A stretch of DNA of 64,000 nucleotides from Candidatus Sumerlaea chitinivorans (GTDB lineage: Bacteria; Sumerlaeota; Sumerlaeia; Sumerlaeales; Sumerlaeaceae), in NCBI GenBank assembly GCA_003290465.1, contig CP030759.1:2180572-2244571 (forward strand). The letters run 5' to 3'. Positions 20,600-30,165 of this stretch are shown piece by piece (position 1 is the first letter of the stretch; each line of letters starts with the position of its first letter). A program made the translations under genes and the position numbers. The notes beneath the pieces are model-generated. The model saw only the letters and a program-made list of their open reading frames with translations. It was not told the DNA's origin and ran no database searches.

Positions 20600-22375
20600 T
20601 TGGCAAAGGACGTCCCTACCGCTGAACTCAAAGGCGGTGTGGCTGATTCCAAACATACGAACCGTGATAGGGCAAGCGAGCTTTGGCACACGATCCAGCA
20701 CTCAACTCATAATCCCACTGGTGCCCATGCAGAATCTCTTTGTGGCGCATTGCGAGACTCGAGTTTGATCTTTGCGTACGCGTTTTTTCCCCACCTCTGC
20801 CGCTATCCCTTCTCCCGCATGCATGTGGAACTCTTCGAGCGCTACGACACCACGACGCGTTCGCACCTCCCGTATCGCGCCGGCAAACGCTTTGCGTTGG
20901 CCGCACCACGTGGTTACGCAAAATCCACACTCCATTCGTTAATCCTCCCCCTGGCCGACCTATGCTTTAGGCGCGAACAATTCATCGTCATCGTGAGTGC
21001 AACGTTTTTGCAGGCTGCAACTCGCCTGCGCGCCCTGCGTGCGGAACTTGCGTCGAATCCTGCACTGCGGGCAGCCTTCCCGCATCTGGCACAACCGCCG
21101 ACAGAGGCAAATCGCCAGACGCTCTGCGTAGCGGGCATGCGCATATCAGCGTTTGGTGCCGGAGCAGAGATGAGGGGCCTGACTCATAACGGCTGGCGCC
21201 CAACCAAAATCATTCTCGATGACGTTGAGGACTCCGAGCGCGTCCTATCCGCGCGACTGCGCGACGCCACTGAGGCGTGGTTCCACGAAGTCATTGTGCC
21301 ACTCGGCGATACGACCACCCATATTGAAGTCGTTGGTACACTTCTGCATCGCGAGTCCCTTCTTGCAAAGCTCCTGCATGCTCCCGCTTTCGAAACGCGC
21401 CTTTACCGAGCCGTCGAGGCATGGCCGGACCGCGAAGACCTTTGGGCGGAGTGGCGTCGCCTGCGCTCGAACCCTGAGGATCCGCAACGCACAACGACTG
21501 CGACACAGTTTTTCCACGAAAACCGAGAGGCGATGCTTCGCGGCGGTTGCGTGCTTTGGCCAGAGAAGGAATCGCTCCCCCAGCTGATGGAGCTTATGCT
21601 GACGCAAGGACGGGTGGCATTCTTCCAAGAAAAACAAAACGAACCACCCGCCGGCGCAGGCGCTCTCTTCGACGTCGAGGGTTGGCAGCGCTTTACCATC
21701 CGTGAGGATGGCCAAATTGTTTCGGCTCAGGCGAGGGATCCAGCGATCGGCTCGTCAAGCCGCTCGCCTCGTGCACTCAACGACACGGCGCCCGCCACAG
21801 ATGCTTCCGCCGAGCCGAAATCCCCCAACGTGCGCGAACTTGAGGTCGTTGGATTCTTGGACCCAGCATTGGGCGGGGGCGACTACGCCGCAATCGCCAC
21901 TGTGGGACGGGATCGCCGCGGAGTCCTCTACGTTCTTGACGTCTGGATGGCTCGCGTGCCACCAGCTCAGCAAGTTGCTCGCGCATTTGAACTTCACTCG
22001 CGCTGGGGTTACAGCCGTTTCGGTTTCGAAGCAAACGCGTTTCAGGTCATGCTCACCCGCGCCTTCGAACTCGAACTGCAGCATCGCGTTCAAGCTCATC
22101 GCCCAGCACAGATGCGCTTCGTCGGCATCAAGAATCGCGCACCCAAAGCAACTCGGATTGCAGCGCTCGAACCGCTTGCAGCGGCTGGGTGGTTACGCTT
22201 CCACGAGGCGTTGTCTCCAACATTCCTCCATGAAGCGGCGGCTTATCCTTGCGGCCAAACCGATGACGGACTGGACGCGGTTGCGGGTGCTGTGGCATTG
22301 CTCACCACCCATTTTACGCATCGTGTGGTAAGCACTGTTGCGATCCCTACGCGTCGCCATCTGCCAAACTTTTAA
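20600..22375 (+). CDS. Phage terminase large subunit (orphan)
   Basis: APRGYAKST (Walker A), MRG, IILDDVED (Walker B), VGTLLH, LWPE, FFQEKQNEP; RNase H-like nuclease motifs LDPA..GDY, FEANAFQ, DDGLDA. Start codon uncertain (TTG). Confidence 0.85.
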   Translation: MAKDVPTAELKGGVADSKHTNRDRASELWHTIQHSTHNPTGAHAESLCGALRDSSLIFAYAFFPHLCRYPFSRMHVELFERYDTTTRSHLPYRAGKRFALAAPRGYAKSTLHSLILPLADLCFRREQFIVIVSATFLQAATRLRALRAELASNPALRAAFPHLAQPPTEANRQTLCVAGMRISAFGAGAEMRGLTHNGWRPTKIILDDVEDSERVLSARLRDATEAWFHEVIVPLGDTTTHIEVVGTLLHRESLLAKLLHAPAFETRLYRAVEAWPDREDLWAEWRRLRSNPEDPQRTTTATQFFHENREAMLRGGCVLWPEKESLPQLMELMLTQGRVAFFQEKQNEPPAGAGALFDVEGWQRFTIREDGQIVSAQARDPAIGSSSRSPRALNDTAPATDASAEPKSPNVRELEVVGFLDPALGGGDYAAIATVGRDRRGVLYVLDVWMARVPPAQQVARAFELHSRWGYSRFGFEANAFQVMLTRAFELELQHRVQAHRPAQMRFVGIKNRAPKATRIAALEPLAAAGWLRFHEALSPTFLHEAAAYPCGQTDDGLDAVAGAVALLTTHFTHRVVSTVAIPTRRHLPNF

Positions 22376-22547
22376 ATCAGCTCAGCCTATGCCGAACGTG
22401 CATCGCACGTACCCGCGCTGAAGAATACTCGTGGCACGCAGAGCTCTGAACCCCCCGCCCGTGACTCCCTTGGGCGCCCCGCTTGGTCCACATCATTCCA
22501 ACGCCGATGTCGCTCCGTCCCACGCAAGCGCTTGCGCGCGCCCGCGG

Positions 22548-23849
22548 TTAGCTAAGTGGCTCGTCCGTCTCGAGCTTGACCACGTCCTCGAGCGTCTCGC
22601 GCCGCGAAATAAGTACGCGGCTTCCATCCTCCTCGACCCACACCTGTGGGGCCCGGCCCAACGAGTTGTAGTTGGAGCTCATCACGTAGCCGTAAGCACC
22701 GCCATCATGAATGCAGAGAAAATCCCCTCGCTCGGGTCGCGGGAGACGCCGTGGCGCAATGAAGTCCGACGCATCGCGCGTAAACACGTCGCCCGATTCA
22801 CAAAGGGGGCCGGCCACCACCACGTCGTGGGGCGGATTGCCCGCCCCGCGTCCCACGACGCTCATCCGGTGATAAGAGCCATACATGGCTGGCCGAATCA
22901 AATCCACGAATCCGGCATCCACCATGACAAATGTCTGGCCCGTGCCCTTCTCGTTTGTTCCGGTGCGCTTCACATCGGTCACTCGCGCCACAAGTGTTGC
23001 GCACGGTGCCACAAAGTAGCGGCCGGGCTCTATCTCAATGCGTAGGGGGTGTCCCGCTCCACCCTCAATCACCTTTCGCGCCTCGACAAACAACTGCGCG
23101 AGCGGCTGAATTTCCACTGGTGGCTCGAATTCCTTGTAGGTGTGTGGGATGCCTCCCCCAAGACTCACTGCCTCCAGATGGGGAATGCGCGGAGCTAAGG
23201 CCGCAAATTCGCGGGCAAGGCGCTCAAGATTCGCAAGTAGCTCTTCGATCTTGGGGCCACTTCCGATGTGCGCATGCAGCATCACCACCTGCATGCCGGC
23301 AGCTTCGGCCTCCGCGAGCGTTGGCTCGAGATACTCGTACCAAATCCCGTGCTTGGAACTCGGGCCACCTGTATCGCAGGCGTTGACGTGGCCGTGCCCA
23401 AAGCCCGGATTGACACGAATCGCGATTGGCCCACGGTAACCCGCGGAGCGGAGCTCCGCAACCATGCCGGGCGAGCCCACGTTTGGCAGGATCCCATGCT
23501 CGAGGACAACCTGCAGCGCGTTATCGCGAAAAACATCGGCCGTCAGCACAATCTGCGGTGGATTGTTGCCGGCAGTGTAGCCCACACGAAGGGCGCGCAG
23601 CACCTCGTTGCCCGAAACGGCGTCAATCCAGATTCCTTCCCGACGCATTTCCTCCAGCACCCGCCACGTCGAGAGGGCTTTCATCGCGTAGCGTAGCTGA
23701 ATGCCCGCCGGCGCGGCCACGGCTTTAAGCTCGCGAATTCTCTGGCGCAAGGTCGCGGCGTCGATCAGCCAAAACGGTGTGCCAACTTTCTTTGCAATCT
23801 CGTCAAGCTCCTGAAACGTTCGGGGCGACCCCATACACATTTCTCCCAC
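22548..23849 (-). CDS. lysA: Diaminopimelate decarboxylase
   Basis: YAMKA (PLP lysine), HAHIGSG, SLGGG, IEPGRY, RPAMYG, GPLCESGDVF, GAYG..MSSNYN. Confidence 0.95.
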   Translation of the reverse strand: MGEMCMGSPRTFQELDEIAKKVGTPFWLIDAATLRQRIRELKAVAAPAGIQLRYAMKALSTWRVLEEMRREGIWIDAVSGNEVLRALRVGYTAGNNPPQIVLTADVFRDNALQVVLEHGILPNVGSPGMVAELRSAGYRGPIAIRVNPGFGHGHVNACDTGGPSSKHGIWYEYLEPTLAEAEAAGMQVVMLHAHIGSGPKIEELLANLERLAREFAALAPRIPHLEAVSLGGGIPHTYKEFEPPVEIQPLAQLFVEARKVIEGGAGHPLRIEIEPGRYFVAPCATLVARVTDVKRTGTNEKGTGQTFVMVDAGFVDLIRPAMYGSYHRMSVVGRGAGNPPHDVVVAGPLCESGDVFTRDASDFIAPRRLPRPERGDFLCIHDGGAYGYVMSSNYNSLGRAPQVWVEEDGSRVLISRRETLEDVVKLETDEPLS

Positions 23850-23991
23850 ACTTAGGTAATCAAAAACCTGTCAGCGTGAAGGCCGAGAGGACGACAAAGC
23901 ACCAACTGTTGGAGTTGCTAACGCCACTCGTGTTGGAGATTCCGGCGCGCCGTGGGGCTTCTGCCCCATACCAAGGCATCGTGGCGTACCG

Positions 23992-24942
23992 TCATGTCTC
24001 GCGTGTCGTCCGCTCAATATTCGCGCGGAAATACTCGATAGTCCGGCGCAATCCCTCTTCAAGCGAAACTTTCGGTTCCCACCCTAAGACTTTTCGCGCT
24101 TTCGTCAGGTCCGGCCGACGAGTTTTTGGGTCGTCCTCTGGCAACGGGTGATACTCGACAGGCACCTCGGACCCAGCCAACCGTTTGATCAGCGTGGCAA
24201 AGTCCTCGATGCTCATCTCAAATTCCGAGCCAAGGTTGACCGGCATCACTTCGTTCGAATTCAAGAGCCGCCAGATGCCCTCCACCAAGTCATCAATGTA
24301 GCAGAAGCTCCGGGTTTGCTTGCCGCTCCCATAGATGGTGATGGGCTCGCCGGTGAGCACCGACTTAATGAAGCTTGGCACCACGCGCCCATCGTTCATG
24401 CGCATACGTGGGCCGTACGTGTTGAAGATGCGCGCGATTCGCGTCTCAACCCCATGGTAACGGTGATAGGCGATCGTCATTGCCTCGGCAAACCGCTTCG
24501 CCTCATCGTAAACACCGCGCGGTCCGATCGGGTTGACGTGCCCCCAGTAGGTCTCCGGCTGCGGGTGCACTTGCGGATCCCCATAGACTTCGCTCGTCGA
24601 AGCTAAGAGGAATTTTGCGCCTTTCTCGCGCGCGAGTCCCAACGCTTTGTGAGTCCCCAGCGATCCCACCTTGAGGGTTTGGATCGGCATGCGCAGATAG
24701 TCCGCCGGGCTGGCGGGCGAGGCGAAGTGCAGAATGTTGTCCACCCGCCCCTTCACATAGATGTACTCGGTGACGTCGTGATGAATGAAGTGAAACCGTG
24801 GGTCACGAATGTGATCAATGTTCTCAATCGTACCGGTTAGAAGATTGTCCATTGCGATGACTTCGTGGCCCTCGGCAAGAAAACGCTCCACGAGATGGGA
24901 CCCAATAAAACCTGCTCCTCCGGTAATGAGCGTGACTGGCAT
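23992..24942 (-). CDS. UDP-glucuronate decarboxylase (UDP-xylose synthase family SDR)
   Basis: [53 protein letters not shown]. Confidence 0.88.
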   Translation of the reverse strand: MPVTLITGGAGFIGSHLVERFLAEGHEVIAMDNLLTGTIENIDHIRDPRFHFIHHDVTEYIYVKGRVDNILHFASPASPADYLRMPIQTLKVGSLGTHKALGLAREKGAKFLLASTSEVYGDPQVHPQPETYWGHVNPIGPRGVYDEAKRFAEAMTIAYHRYHGVETRIARIFNTYGPRMRMNDGRVVPSFIKSVLTGEPITIYGSGKQTRSFCYIDDLVEGIWRLLNSNEVMPVNLGSEFEMSIEDFATLIKRLAGSEVPVEYHPLPEDDPKTRRPDLTKARKVLGWEPKVSLEEGLRRTIEYFRANIERTTRET

Positions 24943-24988
24943 CGTCGAATCTTTCTATTCTCCTGTCTGCAAAGAGTCAGCTATGAAA

Positions 24989-26086
24989 TCAGAAAATCGG
25001 ATCTTGCGCAGCGGTGCTGGTAGTCTCGCTGAGCGAAAAACGTACGACCCCGCGCAGCACCACCGGCGTGGGAGTCGCTTTTGCCGCCGTGGGCGACGTT
25101 TCCGTGGTCGCTTGCGCTGGTGTCGTGGCCACGTCCAGCCCCAAGGCTTTGCGGCGTAGCCACTCGCGTTCCTCCTCAACGGTCTTGACTTTCACTCGCG
25201 TGCCTTTGGTGCCCTCTAAGATCTCGCTGACTCCCGCATTCGAAACGGACTCGATATAGTAATAGAAAACTTTTCCACGCGGGAGCGGCCGGTCCACGTA
25301 ACAATAGTCGTGGGGGATATTCGTAGTTCCAGCACCCGGGATAATCCCCTTGTTGATTTTCGTGTACGGCCCGTCGGGGCTCTCCGCACGGTAGATGTTG
25401 AACCCATAATTGTCTTCCTGCGATTCCGTGCGCCATCGGATCCTGACCTGCCCCGGCGAGTCGTCGGGCACCAACCGTTTCAAATCCTCGTCCGTGAGGG
25501 GGCCGCTTGGCAAAGGGTCGCAGGGCTCAAGCTCACGTTCCAACGCGAGGGTCGTTTTCTCGTCGGAGAGACTCGCTGTCGTGCCTGCCTCTGAGGTGGC
25601 AGCTACGGCGCCCCCGTGCGTCGGCATTGGATGCGATCCCGCTGCCTCCCCGCCAACAAATTTCATAAGCCTTTGGCGTAGTTTATCGTCCTTTTGCGCG
25701 TCGGGCATTGCCAGAGCACGACGCGCAACGTCTTCCGCCTCCATCCGCCGCCCCGCTCGGTCCAGCGCGATCGCATACAACGTCAGAAGCTCCGCGTCGT
25801 CCGGCTCGAGTTCGGTCGCATGGCGAAACGCTGCCACCGCTTCCTCAAACTCATTTTGGCGCAAATGGATCGTACCGATTTTGCGCCATGCCCGGACGTG
25901 CTTCGGATCTTTTTGCACCACACGCTCAAACGTCCGCAGGGCCGTCGCAAGGTCCCCCGATTCTAACTGTTTCTTGCCAAGCTTGTACTCATCGCGCTCT
26001 GCGCATGCCACAAGCAGGAGCAGCGAGGCGACAACACACAGCCACTTGCCGCTCCGGCGCAACAACAAGAGTGTTTCCTTTCCCAT
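24989..26086 (-). CDS. TPR lipoprotein with FN3-like C-terminal domain and Thr-rich tail
   Basis: ATG 26086; lipobox LLVAC; TPR repeats; WRTESQEDNYGFNIYR...Y.YVD...YYYIESV beta-sandwich. Confidence 0.78.
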   Translation of the reverse strand: MGKETLLLLRRSGKWLCVVASLLLLVACAERDEYKLGKKQLESGDLATALRTFERVVQKDPKHVRAWRKIGTIHLRQNEFEEAVAAFRHATELEPDDAELLTLYAIALDRAGRRMEAEDVARRALAMPDAQKDDKLRQRLMKFVGGEAAGSHPMPTHGGAVAATSEAGTTASLSDEKTTLALERELEPCDPLPSGPLTDEDLKRLVPDDSPGQVRIRWRTESQEDNYGFNIYRAESPDGPYTKINKGIIPGAGTTNIPHDYCYVDRPLPRGKVFYYYIESVSNAGVSEILEGTKGTRVKVKTVEEEREWLRRKALGLDVATTPAQATTETSPTAAKATPTPVVLRGVVRFSLSETTSTAAQDPIF

Positions 26087-26232
26087 AGCCACGATACGCT
26101 TTACCGCACGTTTTTCTCTCAGCTTAGTCAAACGCAAAGCGATAAGGCCGGGGAGCACGCCACACGTCGTCCCTCTGCCGGCGTGCTTTGGGCTTGCGGC
26201 ACCGGCCGCTTTTTGGAATGTGTTGCCAGCGT

Positions 26233-27204
26233 ATGTGGAAACTCATCGTTCGTCGAATTTTGGAAGCGATTCCGCTACTGCTGGCGATTTCGCTGGTCAC
26301 GTTTTACCTCCTTTTTCATTCGCCGGGCGACTTTCTTTCCGCATTACGGATGGACCCCAAGATCCCGCAAGAATTCCTTGATCGCGAAGTGGCGCGGCTT
26401 GGGCTCGATCGTCCGTGGTACGAAGTGTGGGCTCGCTGGGTCTGGGGTGTCGTACGCCATGGCAATCTCGGCAACAGTTTCAGCTACAAAATCCCGGTTG
26501 CGGAGCTCATCGGCCAGCGCCTCTTCAACACCTTCCTGCTCGCACTCAGCTCCACCCTCTTTGCGTGGTGTATTGCGGTGCCGCTGGGCATTATCGCTGC
26601 GGTGCGCCAAAACCGACTCGCGGACCGCTTTGCCTCAGCCATTGCTTTCTTGGGTCTCTCGGTGCCCGCTGTCCTCCTTGCCCTTTTTGCTGTGTATTTT
26701 GCCGCCCGCACAGAGTGGTTTCCGACCGGCGGGATGACTTCGGATCGCTACGCCGAGCTTCCCTCCACGTGGGAGAAAATGAAAGATATCGCGCACCACC
26801 TCGTTCTGCCCACCATTGTCCTTGGGATGGGCGGCTTGGCTATCTATACGCGCCAAATGCGCTCCAACCTGCTGGAGGCCTTGGGCGCCGACTACATGCG
26901 GACTGCGCTGGCCAAAGGACTGAGCTACCGTCAGGCCGTGCTCCGGCACGCCCTGCGCAACGCACTCAACCCCATGATCTCGCTTTTCGGCTTTGCATTC
27001 AGCGACCTACTCAGCGGGGCGTTTCTCGTGGAAAACGTCATGGCGTGGCCGGGCTTGGGTCGCACGACAATTGAGGCGTACAATTCCAAAGATATGTTTG
27101 TGGTGGCGGCCGCCGTGATGCTTGCGAGCGTGATGCTCATCCTCGGCAACCTGATTGCTGACATTCTCCTTGCACTCAACGACCCGAGGATTCGCTATGA
27201 GTGA
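26233..27204 (+). CDS. ABC peptide/oligosaccharide transporter permease (OppB/DppB family)
   Basis: IVRRIL.AIP, GNLGNS, HLVLP, YMRTALAKGL, HALRNA, WPGLG, DPRIRY. Confidence 0.92.
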   Translation: MWKLIVRRILEAIPLLLAISLVTFYLLFHSPGDFLSALRMDPKIPQEFLDREVARLGLDRPWYEVWARWVWGVVRHGNLGNSFSYKIPVAELIGQRLFNTFLLALSSTLFAWCIAVPLGIIAAVRQNRLADRFASAIAFLGLSVPAVLLALFAVYFAARTEWFPTGGMTSDRYAELPSTWEKMKDIAHHLVLPTIVLGMGGLAIYTRQMRSNLLEALGADYMRTALAKGLSYRQAVLRHALRNALNPMISLFGFAFSDLLSGAFLVENVMAWPGLGRTTIEAYNSKDMFVVAAAVMLASVMLILGNLIADILLALNDPRIRYE

Positions 27205-27343
27205 GCCACTCCCCCAGAATCTCTACGAGAAGCGCACCTCCACTGAGTGGCCACGCACGCGCGACGTTCAGCCGCGGCTTCACCACAGCGGCCGATACCC
27301 CCTTCCTCTGATCGACTTTATGCAGAACATCAGGAAGCCATGA
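27197..27343 (+). CDS. Possible 48-aa translationally coupled ORF between the two permeases
   Basis: ATG at 27197 with GAGGA upstream overlaps the oppB-like stop; its TGA overlaps the ATG at 27340. Confidence 0.3.
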   Translation: MSEPLPQNLYEKRTSTEWPRTRDVQPRLHHSGRYPLPLIDFMQNIRKP

Positions 27344-28503
27344 CGGGACCAAGTAAACAACACATCGAACAAGGCGACGCGACCGCCCGAGAGGCACTGC
27401 CGGTCGGCGTATCGCCAGCGCGCTTGGCATGGCGCCGGTTCCGCCGAAACCGCACCGCCGTGGCCGCTGGCATCGTCCTAATTTTCCTCTATCTAATCAC
27501 CCTTTTTGGCAGCTTCATCGCGCCCTACGATCCAGCGGAACGCAACTACGCTATGACGAACCATCCGCCGATGCTCCCGCGCTTCGTGGATGAAACCGGC
27601 CGCTTTCACCTCCGCCCGTTTGTCTATGGCATGGTCCTTGTGGATCCAGTCCGCCAGACGTGGAAATTCGACCTTTCCAAGAAATACCCCATCCGCTTTT
27701 TCGTGAAAGGAGCTCCGTACAAACTATGGTGGATTTTCCCCTGCGATCGTCACCTATTCGGCGTTGATCCGCCCGGCCGCATCTGCCTTCTCGGGACGGA
27801 TAGCGTGGGCAAGGACGTTTTCTCGCGCCTCATCGAAGGCGGCAAGATCTCGCTTTCCATCGGCCTCGTCGGGCTGAGCATCTCTCTGCTCATCGGAATG
27901 TTCGTGGGAGCGCTCGCAGGCTATTACGGCGGCTGGTGGGATACCCTCATCATGCGTGGCGTGGAATTTCTCCTGTCCATCCCCACTCTGTATCTCATCA
28001 TTGCTCTCCGCGCTTATTTCCAAACGAAAGGCATCTTTGGCATCGGCGGCAGCCAATTAACAAGCACACAGATGTACGTGATGATTGTCGTCATTCTGGC
28101 CTTCATCGGATGGGCTGGGCAAGCACGCGTGGTGCGGGGAATGGTGCTCGCGATTAAGGAGCAGGATTTCGTGACCGCGGAGCGCGCACTCGGGGCTTCG
28201 TCGCTGCGCATCATTGCACGCCACATTTTACCCAATACGTTTAGCTACGTCATCGTCGCCGCCACGATTGCTATTCCCGGGTACATTCTTGGCGAAGTCG
28301 CCCTGAGTTATCTGGGAGTGGGCATTCAGGAGCCGCAGGTTAGCTGGGGCATCATGCTGGAGCAGGCGCAAAGCCTCTCGACGATCCGCAATTTCCCGTG
28401 GCTTCTCTTCGCTCCTGCAAGTGTGATTATCATCACGGTGTGTGCATTCAATTTCCTCGGCGACGGACTGCGCGATGCCTTCGATCCCAAGAATCGCACC
28501 TGA
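27340..28503 (+). CDS. ABC transporter permease (OppC/DppC family)
   Basis: WRRFRRN, LGTD..GKDVFSRL, GYYGG..D, ARVVRG, RHILPN, LSYLG.G, NFLGDGLRDAFDP. Start uncertain (27247-27340). Confidence 0.92.
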   Translation: MTGPSKQHIEQGDATAREALPVGVSPARLAWRRFRRNRTAVAAGIVLIFLYLITLFGSFIAPYDPAERNYAMTNHPPMLPRFVDETGRFHLRPFVYGMVLVDPVRQTWKFDLSKKYPIRFFVKGAPYKLWWIFPCDRHLFGVDPPGRICLLGTDSVGKDVFSRLIEGGKISLSIGLVGLSISLLIGMFVGALAGYYGGWWDTLIMRGVEFLLSIPTLYLIIALRAYFQTKGIFGIGGSQLTSTQMYVMIVVILAFIGWAGQARVVRGMVLAIKEQDFVTAERALGASSLRIIARHILPNTFSYVIVAATIAIPGYILGEVALSYLGVGIQEPQVSWGIMLEQAQSLSTIRNFPWLLFAPASVIIITVCAFNFLGDGLRDAFDPKNRT

Positions 28504-28638
28504 TGGCCTCGCCACCACGTCCCTACCCAGCGAAGCGCATCCACGCTCGGCAATTGGGAATTGTGTGAAGTCGGGCCTTACAACACGAAAACGGGCGGTT
28601 GCCCCCCGCGAGCCGGTTCTTCTTCGCCCGTCGCGGAA

Positions 28639-30039
28639 TTACTTCTGCACCAACATCTGCGGCAGATTTTCAAGCGACTGCATGGGGATGCCCCGCGTGC
28701 GGCAGAACTCGAAAATCTGAAGAATTAAGAGGTACTCCAACGTTGCGCGGTCCGCTTCGTCTCGGTAGTAAACTCGCACGCTTTGGGGCAGCAAAGCCTG
28801 AAACAGATCCGCACGCGAAGGGATACGCGCCTGTTCCAAGTCCGGTTGCTGAAACATATCGAACTGGACACCAAAGCGCCGCCGATCGCTCAGATCGCGC
28901 TCAAGTTGCAGGCACTTCTCATGCCAGAATTCAAGCACCTCGCGCACCACATGAAGCGTCCACCCAAGGCCACTCTCGTCGTAGTCCACCTCGATCGGCG
29001 CGTACACGTTTGCGTCGTCGGCCTGCAGGCGTTTGCGAACGTCCATCGCCTCGGTCACTGAGAATTTCCACATTCGAAGCCGTGCTTCAGGCGAAGAAAA
29101 CGCATCCGCCTGCACGCGCACCGAAAACTTCGCCTGACTGAGCATAAACAGCTCAAAAACGAAATTCCCAAACTGCTGACGCGCATCCGCCGTCATAAGC
29201 GCAAAGAAAGCGCTTTCGCGTTCCGACCACACTAAAAAGTCAATTTGATAACTTTCATAGACCTCGGCAGACGCTTGATGCAACCAAGCCACGCCATCAA
29301 AAGGTTCACTGGCTTTCGTTTTCTTTCGCCGCATGCTTTTGCGCCACGCCAAGAAGTTCGAGCGCAACCGGAGGTCTTCGTCACTTAGGCCAAAATACTG
29401 ATCGAAAAGGAACAGGAGAACCGTCTTTTGCAAGATGGTTTGGACGAAACGTGGCTCGCTATCCAAACGTGCCCCAACCGCCACTCGCCACAGCTCCAGC
29501 CATCGCAAGAACTCCTCCGCGCGCTGGATCTGACTTTTCCTTGGGAGTTCATCCCAGCACCGACGGATGTCCTGCCGCTGCGCAAGAGGCTCCAGCAGCA
29601 ACCCCTCCAGCTCTTCCAATTCGGTGCCCCACCGCAAAATATCTTCGGTTGCCAAGTCGAACAGGTAAAAGCGGTCGCTTCCCACGAACAGGAGATAGGG
29701 AAAATCGCAATGCGCCTGCAGGAGTAACAAAACCTCGGCCACGAAAGCGTTTTTGTCCACGTAGCTTTCGAAAAGTTCTTTGAAGTCCGGGAGAGCCCCC
29801 GCTGCTGCAGTGAAAACGAGCGCAAAAGGCTTTACGCCGACTGAGGGTTGCGACGCCACCATCGGCGGATACCCTTTTGCCCCCAACTTCACCACACTGC
29901 TGAGTTCCTGCGCTGCTCGGCTTTTCTCGTCCCCTTGTGGACGAATCGCCACCAACTGCAAGTCCAGCTCCCCCGCTGGCGTACTTGCTGCAGCGCGCTT
30001 CTCCTCGATCAGTCTCCAAAATCGCTCGTACAGGTTCAT
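28639..30039 (-). CDS. Hypothetical protein with remote resemblance to type IIG restriction-modification enzymes
   Basis: 466-aa ORF filling an otherwise empty gap; segments YLLFVGSDRFYLFD and FLRWLELWR...VQTILQKTVLL. Confidence 0.6.
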   Translation of the reverse strand: MNLYERFWRLIEEKRAAASTPAGELDLQLVAIRPQGDEKSRAAQELSSVVKLGAKGYPPMVASQPSVGVKPFALVFTAAAGALPDFKELFESYVDKNAFVAEVLLLLQAHCDFPYLLFVGSDRFYLFDLATEDILRWGTELEELEGLLLEPLAQRQDIRRCWDELPRKSQIQRAEEFLRWLELWRVAVGARLDSEPRFVQTILQKTVLLFLFDQYFGLSDEDLRLRSNFLAWRKSMRRKKTKASEPFDGVAWLHQASAEVYESYQIDFLVWSERESAFFALMTADARQQFGNFVFELFMLSQAKFSVRVQADAFSSPEARLRMWKFSVTEAMDVRKRLQADDANVYAPIEVDYDESGLGWTLHVVREVLEFWHEKCLQLERDLSDRRRFGVQFDMFQQPDLEQARIPSRADLFQALLPQSVRVYYRDEADRATLEYLLILQIFEFCRTRGIPMQSLENLPQMLVQK

Positions 30040-30165
30040 TCAGCCGTCGCTTGGTCGTACGCTTCTTCCGTGATGTGGATTACGCACACAAGTGCAAAAG
30101 AGGGCAAGAGCAATGTTGCATCCACGATTGACGCCCGCGGATGGCCTAAGGCAAGAAATCTCTTC

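Noticed and set aside
7600..22500. Contiguous prophage spanning the lysin to the terminase
   Set aside because: Intervening genes are host-type (trxB, DUF362, GT-C, M1 peptidase, kinase); no integrase, structural genes or att repeats seen.
22523..22536. 14-bp palindrome CGCAAGCGCTTGCG after the terminase, as a cos/pac site
   Set aside because: Single short GC-rich palindrome near the lysA stop; compatible with chance or a terminator remnant.
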